Below are positions 26,501 to 37,426 of a stretch of 64,000 nucleotides of DNA, in pieces; the first letter of the stretch is position 1, and the number at the start of each line of letters is the position of its first letter. The stretch spans positions 1,476,780 through 1,540,779 of the forward strand of contig NMRA01000024.1 in NCBI GenBank assembly GCA_002633005.1. The letters are read 5' to 3'. Source of the stretch: Phoronis australis (Eukaryota > Animalia > Phoronida). Below the pieces are notes generated by a model. The model was given only the letters and a program-made list of their open reading frames with translations, was not told where the DNA came from and made no database searches. Both the position numbers and the translations under genes were made by a program.

Positions 26501-29500
26501 ACTTGGCCACAGCATTCTGACACTTGGGACAGTTGCGCACGAAGTCACAGCGCAGCACCACATTCTCCAGGTAGCTCAGATCTAACAGCACCATGCGAAC
26601 ATTCTGCAGCAGTCTACAGGCGCTGCCAGTCCTGTTCAAGGGGTCCCACTGGATCCAGGCCAGTGCCGCCTCGAACACCTCGTCCTCGCTGGTCACTTGC
26701 AGCTGGTCACTGCCCAGCAGGTGGTTGAGCCGGTCCTCAGACAGTTGCATGAACTCCTCAGTGCGAATGACCTCCAGGAAGTGTTGGTAAATGTACTGGC
26801 GTGCTGCCGATTCCAGCTCGATGCACGAGAACATGTCAGCGAATGAATGGATACCTACGAAATGAGAAGTGGTTTAAAGACCAAACAACCACGTAAGGTG
26901 ATCCCTTAGTCTTAAGGCTAAAAAATAATTGCAGGTGGTCTGGTACACATTGCACCAGATGTGCGCAGGCCGCTCAGGTGGACTGCTGGTACTGACCACC
27001 TGGAACCATTTTTATGCTTTATGAATATAGCTGTGTGCAGGTCTGAAGGCTATGCAAGACCCTAGAAAAATATCCACATTCGATATCTCAGAAAGGTTGA
27101 TCCAATTCATACAAACTTTCAGAAAGTGCCCTCAATGCTATGCAGTAATGTTATTTCATTTTTTTGTTAAATTTCACTAAAAACACCGTCATACGACCCA
27201 ATTGATAACAAACTGGTAAAAAGGAAAAAAACAAATTCCTCAGGCTTTCCATTTTCGAAAAATAAATATCTTTACCAAGTTAATATTATAGTTTTTGACC
27301 AAATATGCAGACTTGTCAACCTTTAAGAATTCCTTACAAGGATTCTATCATAAATTATATTAGACATAATGACCTATCCACACAGTTTTACTTAATGCTT
27401 TTAACAAAATATGAAACACGATTTAGTCACTCCGTAAACCTGGCCCTAATTTTTTTCTATTGGGTTAGGAGCTTGAAGTTGAACTGGAGTTCGCTATAAG
27501 CCCTAAAGGTTATCTCCAACCTTATTTAGTGGCCTCCATTCTAACTCATATATCAAAAACTAAGCTTTGTCAACTAGTAAAAGTATATATTTTCTGAAAG
27601 AACAAAGATCAGGAAATATATTTATACTTTTTGTATTTATGTGCCATTATTATTTTTTACATAAAAACCTTTTTTAACTAAAATTTCATTATTAAAAAAG
27701 GTACATTAATAGCAAAATAACTCCTCAGTCGATTTTAACCTTTTTTAAATGAAAACTGCAGCAGTTACCTCAAAAACGCTGTTAGGAATTTTCTATTCTA
27801 ACAGCGTTTCTGAGATTGATGACTAAGTATTAAGTATGGAAAGTTTCAGCAAAATCCATCAAGCTGTTTTCGAGAACTAGTGTTCCTAAGTTCAAATAAA
27901 GTCTGAACTGGGACAAGTGAAAATGTCAAAGTCTTCGGTTGATTATTTGGTGAAAACCTGTTTTCGGTACACATAACCTATACAATCCTTAACTATGTTA
28001 GCTATTTCAACATTCACTTGCAATGTCAACTGATTTTGCAGTGCGTAACTAACTTAATTATCATTAAACCTCAAATAGACATATTGTTCCCAGCCAACTT
28101 TTACTGTTATTAATGCCCTACTTTGTAAGTAGGTCACAGTTCATAGCCTGTACACGTGATGTGCTGGGAGACTGATACGAAACCAAGTAAGGAATGGATT
28201 ACAAAAATTGAATCGGTGGTTAAAGTATGCCGTTAGCATGAGATCGAAACATGTCAACTTATTAATTGAATTACGGAAGTTGAAATTACACCTTTGAATG
28301 AAGACCCAGGTTTAGAAATCCCAGTCACGTGAAACCGTGGCCGTGCTGATCATCAAAGTTTTAAAAATTTTAATGCACGTGAAAATTTATGCTATCAAAC
28401 AAAACTCACTTTAAAAGGTCCAGAAACAATCGGAATCCAGATTCGAAATCTTTGCACGGACTTCAACTGCATTTTCATACTACACGGGACGTTTATTTTC
28501 GAACTTGAGTTCAAAATTCACACTAGGCAAAATGGATGGCACACCGGCAATTTTAACAAGTTACTGGAGTATTTTAACTGTCAAACAAAAAACATTTCAA
28601 AAATATTTTGACTACTTTTTAGCTGAGTGTAAGATCAACTGAAAGGGATATTCACACTAAAATGATTGGAATATTCCTTATATTTTTGAACAAAAAAACA
28701 TGAAAATTGAACAAAGTTTCTTTTTTGTAGCAGCGTTAGTCAAAATGTATCAACGTTAAATCTTCACAAATTACAAAGTAGCAGGTTGAACATGTCTTTC
28801 AGTTCAGCAAAAGTCGCCATGTAGTCTGTGCCACCAGAAATGTCCAACGAGAATTGTGAGCACTTTTATCACTCAATAAGTAACATCTGCGAGGCTGAAA
28901 TTTGGTGAAAAATGTTGAATCGCGCAGATTAGTAAGTAAAGATATGTCTCACTAAATTTCACGGAAAATTATTGGTGAAAATAATTTATACTAAGTTTTA
29001 AACTCGTAACTTATCCCGCTGTGGTCCAAGATGGCTGACCCCATCCAAACAAGGCAACTCAAATTTCGCCACAAAAATTACAATAACTTTGAACTGCTTG
29101 CCCCGATTTTGATAATTTTGATTTTTAATAAGTAGGATGCATTATCTTTACGATGATAGAGCAGCATTTTTTCATAATGAAAAATTTTTTTGGTTCGACA
29201 GCTCTAATTTAAGTAAGTGAATGAACGATATGAAAGGGAAAAGATCGCAACGCACATTTCGAGCTGTAACTTTTGCATGTCACACTTTGTTATAGCAAAT
29301 TGTAGTGCGAAATATAGTAAAATATGACTACGCGGTTGATTTCAAGTCTGTGATACAGCAATCATGTGAAAATCTTTTGTTTACCCCCGCCCGCTGATCG
29401 CTCGCCAACAAAGTCGACAGTGATCAACCCTTCCATTGGCAGAGTTTGTCATCCATCCTAGGATGTGCATACTCAATTACGGTAATGTAAAATGATGGCT

Positions 29501-31645
29501 ATAAAGATATCAAATCAATTTCAATGGCTCTGTCTGTTCGACGGCCACCTTTTGTCGAATGAAAACATCACCGACAAGGCAGAACTGGGAAGTGACTGGC
29601 TTAACATTAACGTCACACATTCGATTAACCGCAAAACGCCACCTGAAGTTTTTTCACAATTACACACGCGGACGATGTGTGACTTTTTGGCAAAAAATAA
29701 CTTAAAAATGAATTTGGCTCATGAATGTAAGTATCTACTATAAAGTAAGGAACATTTAAACAGGTGCTTTGACCATGCCTAAAAGTCAATTTACCTGTTC
29801 TACGAGGGCTTTAAATTGGTACTAACAACACTTCTCAATCAAAAAAAAAAAACATCACTGACAACTGACAAGCCATCACTTGTCTAACTCTGACTTCCAA
29901 ATCATTAAAAATATGTTAAATTAGACAACCCTCTATTTGTGACCACATATTGGTCCTTATTAACAGACAGAGCAGCTAATTACTTCACAGCGGAAACGCC
30001 GTACAAATCTTTTTGCGTCACGTTCAAGCTAGTGTGATATTAGCTAATTATCTGATCTGTTTTCCTGCTCTATTTTGCACAGCAATTATCTCTACCCTTG
30101 CCATGGCAATTAGGGTAACCATTCTTCAAAAAGGAGCAAAACAAACAGCTGAAGTTGTCACAAATAAATTATTTCCAAACTCACAATAACGGCGTGACAG
30201 AATTCATTACAGATGCGTTATACACATCTTGCTAATGAATAAAGTTGCTGATTAAATTTTAAACTGCTCTAAAATGGGCGTCTGTCAAAACAAAAGGATT
30301 TTTATTAGTGACCGGTCTCAGCTTCTTTCTTAATTGAATAAGAACCATTTCCTTTGTTGGGAAAACTGACAGACCTGTTATTAGGATCATGCTTGGCACA
30401 TGAAATGACACACTGTATCAAGTCAACTCACTGAGCAAGGTTGCAAGCAATATTAAACTGTCAGTTAATTTCGAAGCTCATAGATCATCTCCAATTTTCG
30501 TAACGAGTTAAGACTAGTTTCGTAAGCGTTACGGTAAATTCTCCTCAATTTCGGAAAAAAAATAATTGCCAAATATTGACATTTTCTTGCAGTGTTGTGA
30601 GAGCCCAGAAATTGTACTATGGTAGACATTGCACAAAACTTGAACGTTGTTAACCATTCATTTGGTGCTAAGAATTTTGAAAATTTGAGAAAACAATTTC
30701 AGCTGCCGGTCACATTGTGTTCTAAACTGGTGAGCAAGCGGGTTTAAAGGCAGCAGATTTAAACAATGAAATAACATTCCTGCGGTGCGCCACATTGTAT
30801 AATTGAAAGATGAAGAAAATGTACAGTACATTCTGCATGTTTTTACGATGACAACATTGGCATTCGACGAAATACTGTACATGGTGTTTGTCAATGGGTA
30901 GCTCAAAAAACAAATCTCTTCAACTTACCTCGAAACAACACTATCGTTGGGTACAAAAATTGTTATAAAAAAATTATGTCAACCATCATTGCCGTAAAAG
31001 CAAAGACCAAGCATTGCCTAAACCAACAGTTCATTGCAAATTTTCCTCTTCCAGCCTGTTACCTTTCCACTAAACCTCCCCCCCTCCCTCCGTTACTTCT
31101 TGTTATAACGAACAACTAGTAACGGCCATCAACTCACCTGATGCACAGCCATCGTGACGCGGAGAATTTTATCGGATTCTTATTTAATCTATAACAACAT
31201 GCCTTTGGCAAACTAATAGCTAGTTCAGCAACAACAACTCACCCAGGCAGTTGGAAGAATCAAGTTGCAGCTGCAGGAAGTTACTGCAGACATTCCGCAG
31301 GCTGCGAATGTTCAGCATACTAGCACCTTGTAGAATGGCCTGCACATTGTGAACGTTCACTTCTATCGTCCCAGTGTACATGAACTCCAGTAGAACATCC
31401 ATGGCCGACGCCTCTATACCGTGAATCTCGATGCGGCTCTTGGCCGTTTCTAGCATTCCGTTGGTGAACATGGCTCTAAGATAGGGGCTACATCCCGCAA
31501 GGACGACGCGGTGAGCATGGAAGTCTTGGGAGCCAATGGACAGCGTAATATCACAGAGTTCACGTTTTGCCCTCAGATCACGCATTGCATGGAAGGCAGC
31601 GTTCATGTGGTTATGAATAGTGAACGAACGAGATTCCACTATCAT
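17354..31645 (-). CDS. Kelch-like protein (BTB-BACK-6 Kelch repeats), putative CUL3 adaptor, 568 aa, 6 coding exons
   Basis: Exons 31645-31243, 26854-26337, 21024-20796, 19992-19852, 18708-18516, 17576-17354 total 1707 nt, all GT-AG and in phase. BTB motif LCDITL...HRVVLAGCSPYLRAMFT, BACK NCLGIHSFADMFSC, six GG...Y...W Kelch repeats. Specific KLHL orthologue not assigned. Confidence 0.95.
17665..17765 (+). mobile_element. tRNA-derived SINE fragment
   Basis: A-box-like TGGCCTAGTGG and a degenerate B box; shares CCACTGCTAGACCCT with the copy at ~47390-47470. Confidence 0.55.
18516..18708 (-). CDS. Kelch-like gene exon: Kelch repeats 4-5
   Basis: tttctcag acceptor, AG|gtaagg donor. Confidence 0.95.
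18760..18967. mobile_element. MITE with hAT-like (C)AGGGCTTGGAAT TIR, copy 1
   Basis: Ends cggggcttgcaat / attccaagccctg; body closely matches 53292-53532. Confidence 0.7.
19852..19992 (-). CDS. Kelch-like gene exon: Kelch repeats 3-4
   Basis: ttttcag acceptor, G|gtgcgt donor. Confidence 0.95.
20796..21024 (-). CDS. Kelch-like gene exon: Kelch repeats 2-3
   Basis: ttcttccag acceptor, G|gtacgt donor. Confidence 0.95.
22648..22910 (+). mobile_element. Probable tRNA-derived SINE
   Basis: GGAGCCAGTATGGCATAGTGG A-box-like head, B-box-like GGGCGAGTCCC, then a gccttgag...ccttaac...tgtaaatgg body; GC-rich island in an AT-rich intron. Confidence 0.5.
23224..23318. other. Assembly gap (95 N)
   Basis: Run of N. 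Confidence 1.
26093..26150. repeat. 20-bp tandem repeat (ACAGTACACTTATACCGCAT), about 3 copies
   Basis: Near-identical copies at 26093, 26113, 26133. Confidence 0.9.
26337..26854 (-). CDS. Kelch-like gene exon: BACK domain and Kelch repeat 1
   Basis: ttcgtag acceptor, GCG|gtgagt donor. Confidence 0.95.
26916..27020. mobile_element. Short imperfect inverted-repeat element (MITE-like)
   Basis: aaaaataattgcaggtggtc(t)ggtac ... gtactgaccacctggaaccattttt. Confidence 0.45.
31243..31645 (-). CDS. Kelch-like gene exon: BTB domain (first coding exon; acceptor at 31662)
   Basis: AAAATG start, G|gtgagt donor. Confidence 0.93.
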
Positions 31646-32907
31646 TTTGGTCCAGTGTACACCTGAAGCCCAAAGAATGAGACGTAGTCAATAAGAAAAA
31701 AAAATACCACGAACAATGATAACTACCACCTAGTAAACTAGCGAAGTCGCAACTTTTTTCGAGAACATACTTAACACTGAAGCTGTCACAACATATATTT
31801 AACTGCATGTAGTGTTGTCTTAGAAAGCCACCATTTAAAGTTCACGTTTTGGGTTGAAACCGCAGTGTTCTCAATACATGTAAAAGTTCTGAGCCACGTT
31901 AGAAAAGCCCTGAGCCAAGTTTTTAAACATGGCTCATAGCTTTCCTAACATGGTGTTAAAACAACTGAGCCAGATTTGAAAAGCCCACGTTTTGCCTGGT
32001 CAACAAGAGAGGTCACTGAAATAACGTTGTATTTAAGTGTTGTCAATACAGACTTAGCCTAGAAAAAGTTTCCCCTGAAGCAAATTCTAGCTAGGTTAAA
32101 GGGCTGTCTAGACGTTATTCAAACTAGTGCAACTTACCCCACTTATGACAAGTACTTCACCTTATCAAGGAAGGGTAACTTGTTTTAGAGCAACTTGCTC
32201 CACTTCAAATTCCCATGTGCCCGTAAACCTGAGGTAAGGCGGAAGTAACGAAGCATCAGCTGCGGTTATACACGGGGTTTCTTTTGCGCATCATACCCGC
32301 ATTAGGTTTCATCGTCACGCACAGAGCGACAATTTCCGCCTTACCCAAAATATTAGATATGTTTGTGTGAACGCTCCATTCAAAAGCGGGGTAAGATACA
32401 CTGGTGTAAGTTGTTCTAGGGTAGGTCGTGTGCGGAGGGGACTATAGTGGCACTCATCTTTCAATTTTTCCTTGTATGAACGACTCTAGTGACATGCTCA
32501 ATAATAAAAAAACAATGAGTCGCTATAATAGCTGTTTGTGTAAATTATCAGATAAGGAAGGACGTGAAAACATGATACAAATTTTCATGTTTTGATTTTT
32601 GCTCAAGGGGAGCCCCACAAAACTTATCAAAGTTCATTCACAGTTCTGACCTTTCTACACACCATACAAAGCAGTCTGTCATTCTTAACTGCCATTTAGT
32701 GATATACCCCACTTTTCTCCATTGAGATGCTGAAAATGTCAGGTATCACAACAGTGTTCAGCACAAGCAAAAAAGGAGATAACTCCACTGCAGATGGTGA
32801 ATATTGAATAGTCTATAGGGAGAATTAGGGTTCCTAAATTACACAGTAAAATGTAGGTCATTTGAATCACTGTTGTTTCAATGGGAAGTTTCACTTGTGT
32901 GTGTGTG

Positions 32908-33432
32908 TGGGGGGGGGCAATCAGTGGGGCGAATAGTGGAGACATGTCACTGAGATGGGTGACACTAATAAAATTTTTGGTAAAATTTTTTACCATTTTG
33001 GCAACAATTATTTGACTGGTCATTTTAGATTGAGTAATTATAAAAATAGGACGCCCGGATGGGAAATCAGTTTTTCTTTGATGTAAGTTTTGGTCTGATA
33101 ATTCTCAGCATGGTGTGAATACTAAACTAACAGATGTGATCTCAAAAGTCTGCAAATCCAGTGACTGATCCAGCTGACAACCATCAATCTTTCCACTTTT
33201 CCAGATAACGTATAAACAATCATGTTTTAAGCCCTCATTCAATTAGTATTGAAATTGGGCACAATTCTCACATAACCATAGGGCTGAATGTTTTCAATAA
33301 GTATAGAAATGGGTCACAACTGTAGCTCTAGCTATAACCAAAGGTTGGACATTTTCATTTTGGTCGCACATCATATCACCACATAAGCCCAGCTACACCT
33401 TTTATCTTAAAAAGATGAGTGCCCCCCGGGGT
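32908..33432. mobile_element. Possible MITE with G-rich TIR
   Basis: Left gggggggcaatc versus right gagtgccccccgg (inverted, 1 mismatch); no TSD identified. Confidence 0.35.
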
Positions 33433-35640
33433 TTCGCTTTAATCATCTTGATTTATTTCAGTTTCAAATTTGAGTAAAGAACGAAATTAACATATTATGA
33501 AAGTTGGTTTGATGGTTAATATGCGATAGGTAAAAGAAGTTGGCACCATACTCTCACGGGTCAATGACCAGGGCGTTTAAAATGAAAAAAATAATCACCA
33601 GTAAATGAACAATAAGGTGATGCAGGACCCTCAGGCAAGAAAAAGTACAGTGAATCAAGCTCTAGTCTATTTTTTGCTAAATTTAACCAAAATGATATGG
33701 TCACTTTACCCATTTAAGAGAAGATTGATACAAAATCAAAAGTTAAATTCTGAACTTTTCTCTTTCACAAAATATACGTTTGCTGAGTTAAAGTCTAAAG
33801 TTTTGAATAGAGGTAAATACACAGACTTTTTGATGCTTGAGAAATTGCATGTGGGCATTTGTTGAATAATACATTCATACAGGTTATTGTACAAAACGGA
33901 AGAGATGCATGTCATCCTGTTCTTAACATTCAGTGAGAAAGTCTGCGAGCATCTCAGCTGGTCAGCAACAGTCACCTACAGGGGTGCCGAATTTTGTGAA
34001 CCAGTCTGATTCTTATAACTACGAAAAGAAAACTAGCGCTCAAAATGCTGGACCCCTATTAATAACCATTACCTGCTGGTTGGTATCAGTTGGACATGGG
34101 TCCACAGTTAAGATTCAGCGCCAACTCTAGCACTTCACAGATTGTCTCATGTTTGAGACAGTACTGTTGATTAGTCCCCTGAGAGAACACGTAGTTCCGA
34201 TGACCAGTGTAAAAACACAGTCGTACAAGAAAGCTTTAAGTTAGTATACATCAATAAAACATCAACATTTTTCACGTCACTTCCAGTGTTCTCCACAGCA
34301 GAAAATTCAAAATTGGCTGGATTTACATAACTTGAATGCCATCTCCCAAGACATCAAATCTGCTCCATCTATTGAAAGCTGTACAAGCAAGATTGATTCC
34401 CTACTATTCAATCAGCATTAGTTTGCCATTCGCAATTCTGATGCTAAGTGTTAAGGTGGCAGAGTGAGTTGCAAACCAGACAGCAAATTATTTGCGCTTC
34501 CACTAATCGTTGTTGCAACCTTGTTCGATTTAATCAAGAAGCGAGCTAGCAGCCTTACTTTCCGAAAGCTAAATAATCATGCAATTGTGCCTTTGTTATA
34601 CCTCCGCGAACGAGGAGAGTTGAATCCGGAACATGCCAGTTGATATGGCACTCATTTCATTTAACCATGTTCCCATTCAACATACAACTCAACTACGAAA
34701 TCAAGAAATGTCAACTAAGCCTGTTGAACTGGCTAAAAAATTGCTAAAAAATTTGCTAGTCATAAATTACAACAATTTCAGTTCTTTAGGATTAAGAGAA
34801 AGCCTGCAATTGAGTACCCATTATTACCAGGCATGCTGAAATTTGTACTAGCCGCTAGATAGGAATGGAGTATTTTGTGCACAGGAGCAATAACCACTGT
34901 TTAGATGTAACTTGGAAGGCTATACAGTGGGATGTTCAAACAAGTTGCGCAAAGTCTGTTGCAAATGTCCATGCATGAAAAAAGTTGTATTTCGTATGTT
35001 TGAAGTCTGACCATCTTGACCAATAGAGTTGGGAAAACAGGAGTCGCTTATATGGTGGTACACTCACAGGATACAGGAGCTTTTTGGCAAATTACGCCTA
35101 AACAAGCCATGATGCTGTAACAACTACAAGTACCTTTCAAGAGTAAGAAGGATCCCTTTGCAAATAGAGCCTGTTGATTTCTTTCAATTGCTTTAACTTA
35201 ACAAATAGTCTGTCAAATGTGAATTCTTTCTAACTTGTTCATTTGTTCACAAAAGAAATTGTTAGCATAGCTAGCTATTTTCAATGTAGACTTCACTGAA
35301 AATTGAAAACAACTAGACAGAAAAAAATGAAATATGGCCAGCTCAAATCAATTCAAAAAGCTTTGTGACTACACCAACTGCTAAGTATTGTACTGCTGTA
35401 AAAGTGACTGAAGTGTATTCTTGGGTTAAGAATTAGCTGATTTAACAATTTTAACAGAGAAGTGCATCCGACTTATTGTCATTAGCACTTTTCAGTCATT
35501 TGGAGTGGGATTTTGGAGAACAAATCTGCAGTAATAGCTGAGATTACCCGATCGAACCATCAACCTCCATAAAACCGCCAAGTGTGCTAACCATTCAGCT
35601 AATAGGCAATTGCCCGTTACTTAGCGAGTAGCAGAGGCTC

Positions 35641-36539
35641 TGGGCAATGACCATCGCCTCTGTTGGCCCGAACCAGAGGTGATGTAGAGGCTATAGGCGC
35701 TCTGTACGCCGGAAGCTTTTCGGCGAATTATGCCTCGCACCGACTAAACTATCAAAGCCACGTTGTTATAACTACCTTTTGCGCATGGACGAACACCTTA
35801 GGAGGTTGTCGATGTGTTTAAGTTCTTCCAACTCGAACAAATACTCCCGTTATGAAACTTTTTCCTATTTCAGTTCCCAAAATCGTGAAATCAAAATTTT
35901 AATTTTTTAACTAGGCCGAAGGTCAGAAGTTGCGATCCTACCGGCGAACTTTGAAAGCTGAAGTTCTCGCCCTTTGCGTACGTGCTGACGGGAACCAGTC
36001 GTGCATTTGCCGTGTTGTTAAACATTAAAATGTCAAATATGTGCACAAAGACTTTTAAATGTCATATCAACAGCATTTATTTTTATCAAATACAAACAAT
36101 AATTAATTGAAATACAAACAGTTTCAAGTAACGCCAATTAAAGACAAGTATAAGTAAGTGGTGGCATTTTGGAAATGAACATTTGGNCTGACAAGACCGC
36201 AATGGCTCACCTTTGGCCTATTTAAAAATTATTGCGAGCGCGGTAAAAGTTGGAGCGTGCGCAGTACAAAAATTTTGATTTTACGATTTTGGGAACTGAA
36301 ATAGGGACTGCTCGAAGAAAAAGTTTCATAACGGGAGTATTTGTTCGAGTTGGAAGAACTTAAACACATCGACAACCTCCTAAGGTGTTCGTCTATGCGC
36401 AAAAGGTAGTTATAACAACGTGACTTTGATGGTTTAGTCGGTGCGAGGCATAATTCGCCGAAAAGCTTCCGGCGAACAGAGCGCCTATAGCCTCTACATC
36501 GCCTCTGTTCGGGCCAACAGAGGCGATGGTCATTGCCTA
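35641..36539. mobile_element. Non-autonomous foldback / Mutator-like element: ~260-bp TIRs, 9-bp TSD
   Basis: Left arm 35641-35900 is the reverse complement of 36268-36539 (few substitutions, one ~14-bp indel). Exact TSD CAGAGGCTC at 35632-35640 and 36540-36548. No transposase ORF. Confidence 0.9.
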
Positions 36540-36644
36540 CAGAGGCTCATGATTCACCGGAAGCATATCTACAACAAATCCATCTCGGTGAAACTCAGCT
36601 CAAATCTGTGCTGACGCTATTGACAAAATGGTGACCTGGTGTGC

Positions 36645-36778
36645 GTTCAGTAACGGGACCTACGCTAGGACCTAGCTAAAATCTAGTCAAAGTTACGTGT
36701 TCTCACTTAAAATACACGACCATATCTCACGTAATCTCACGAAGTCTTGCCTTTTAGCGAGGTCGCAGCGTTACTGAA
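36645..36778. mobile_element. Short degenerate MITE
   Basis: ttcagtaacgggacctacgcta ... tagcgaggtcgcagcgttactgaa, an imperfect inverted repeat. Confidence 0.45.
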
Positions 36779-36949
36779 ATGAAGGCTGGTCTCAGCAGCC
36801 TGGGGAGTAACGTGACAGCCAACATGTGTCATTGAACTAGTCAAAATAAACAAAGAAACGTTATAACAGGTACAACAACTGAGCAGGTCAGACAAGGAAA
36901 CTGTCAAGGCGTCAAGCTAGTGTCAACGTCAACGACCTGTCGTTGTCCA

Positions 36950-37426
36950 CCTTACGTTTGCAATCATGCGAAGGCTGGGTTCCATAACGCTACTGTTTTG
37001 TATTTCTTATATCAAACATGGGCACAAAAGTTGCAAAACATCCTTTTCTCACCTTGCACTCATTGACCCAAAATAAAAGAAAACAGCAACGTATCAGCCG
37101 AAACTTTGTCCAACATGGCTGTGTGCATTGGCAATAACAATATTTACTGTTGGGGAACGAGATAAAAGATAACGCTCATTATCAAATAATACCCTTACCT
37201 TTGGCCAGCAGTTGTGAGCTTTGCACACGTTCAAACGTGATATGTTGCATTACAAGCTAAAGTCGCAAAGACAAGTTGAAATTTACCGCTAACGTTTTAT
37301 TGCCTTTGCACGATTGGAATCCAAAACAACGTCTTTCTGATTCGTACCATTCATGCCTCACCAGGGACCTATTGATTTGTCTTTGCTTTGACGTGTGCAG
37401 CAACAGTGCTTCTTCATCGTTTCAAG
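36950..37426. promoter_or_regulatory. Putative divergent promoter / 5' UTR exon region shared by the Kelch gene (-) and the microprotein gene (+)
   Basis: Minus-strand consensus donors AAG|gtaagg (exon end 37199) and AAG|gtgaga (37053) could feed the orphan Kelch acceptor at 31662; + strand ATG at 37427. Confidence 0.45.

Noticed and set aside
27050-29250. Stretch resembling non-autonomous DNA transposon interiors
   Set aside because: I could not define TIR/TSD boundaries by eye, so it is not reported as a feature
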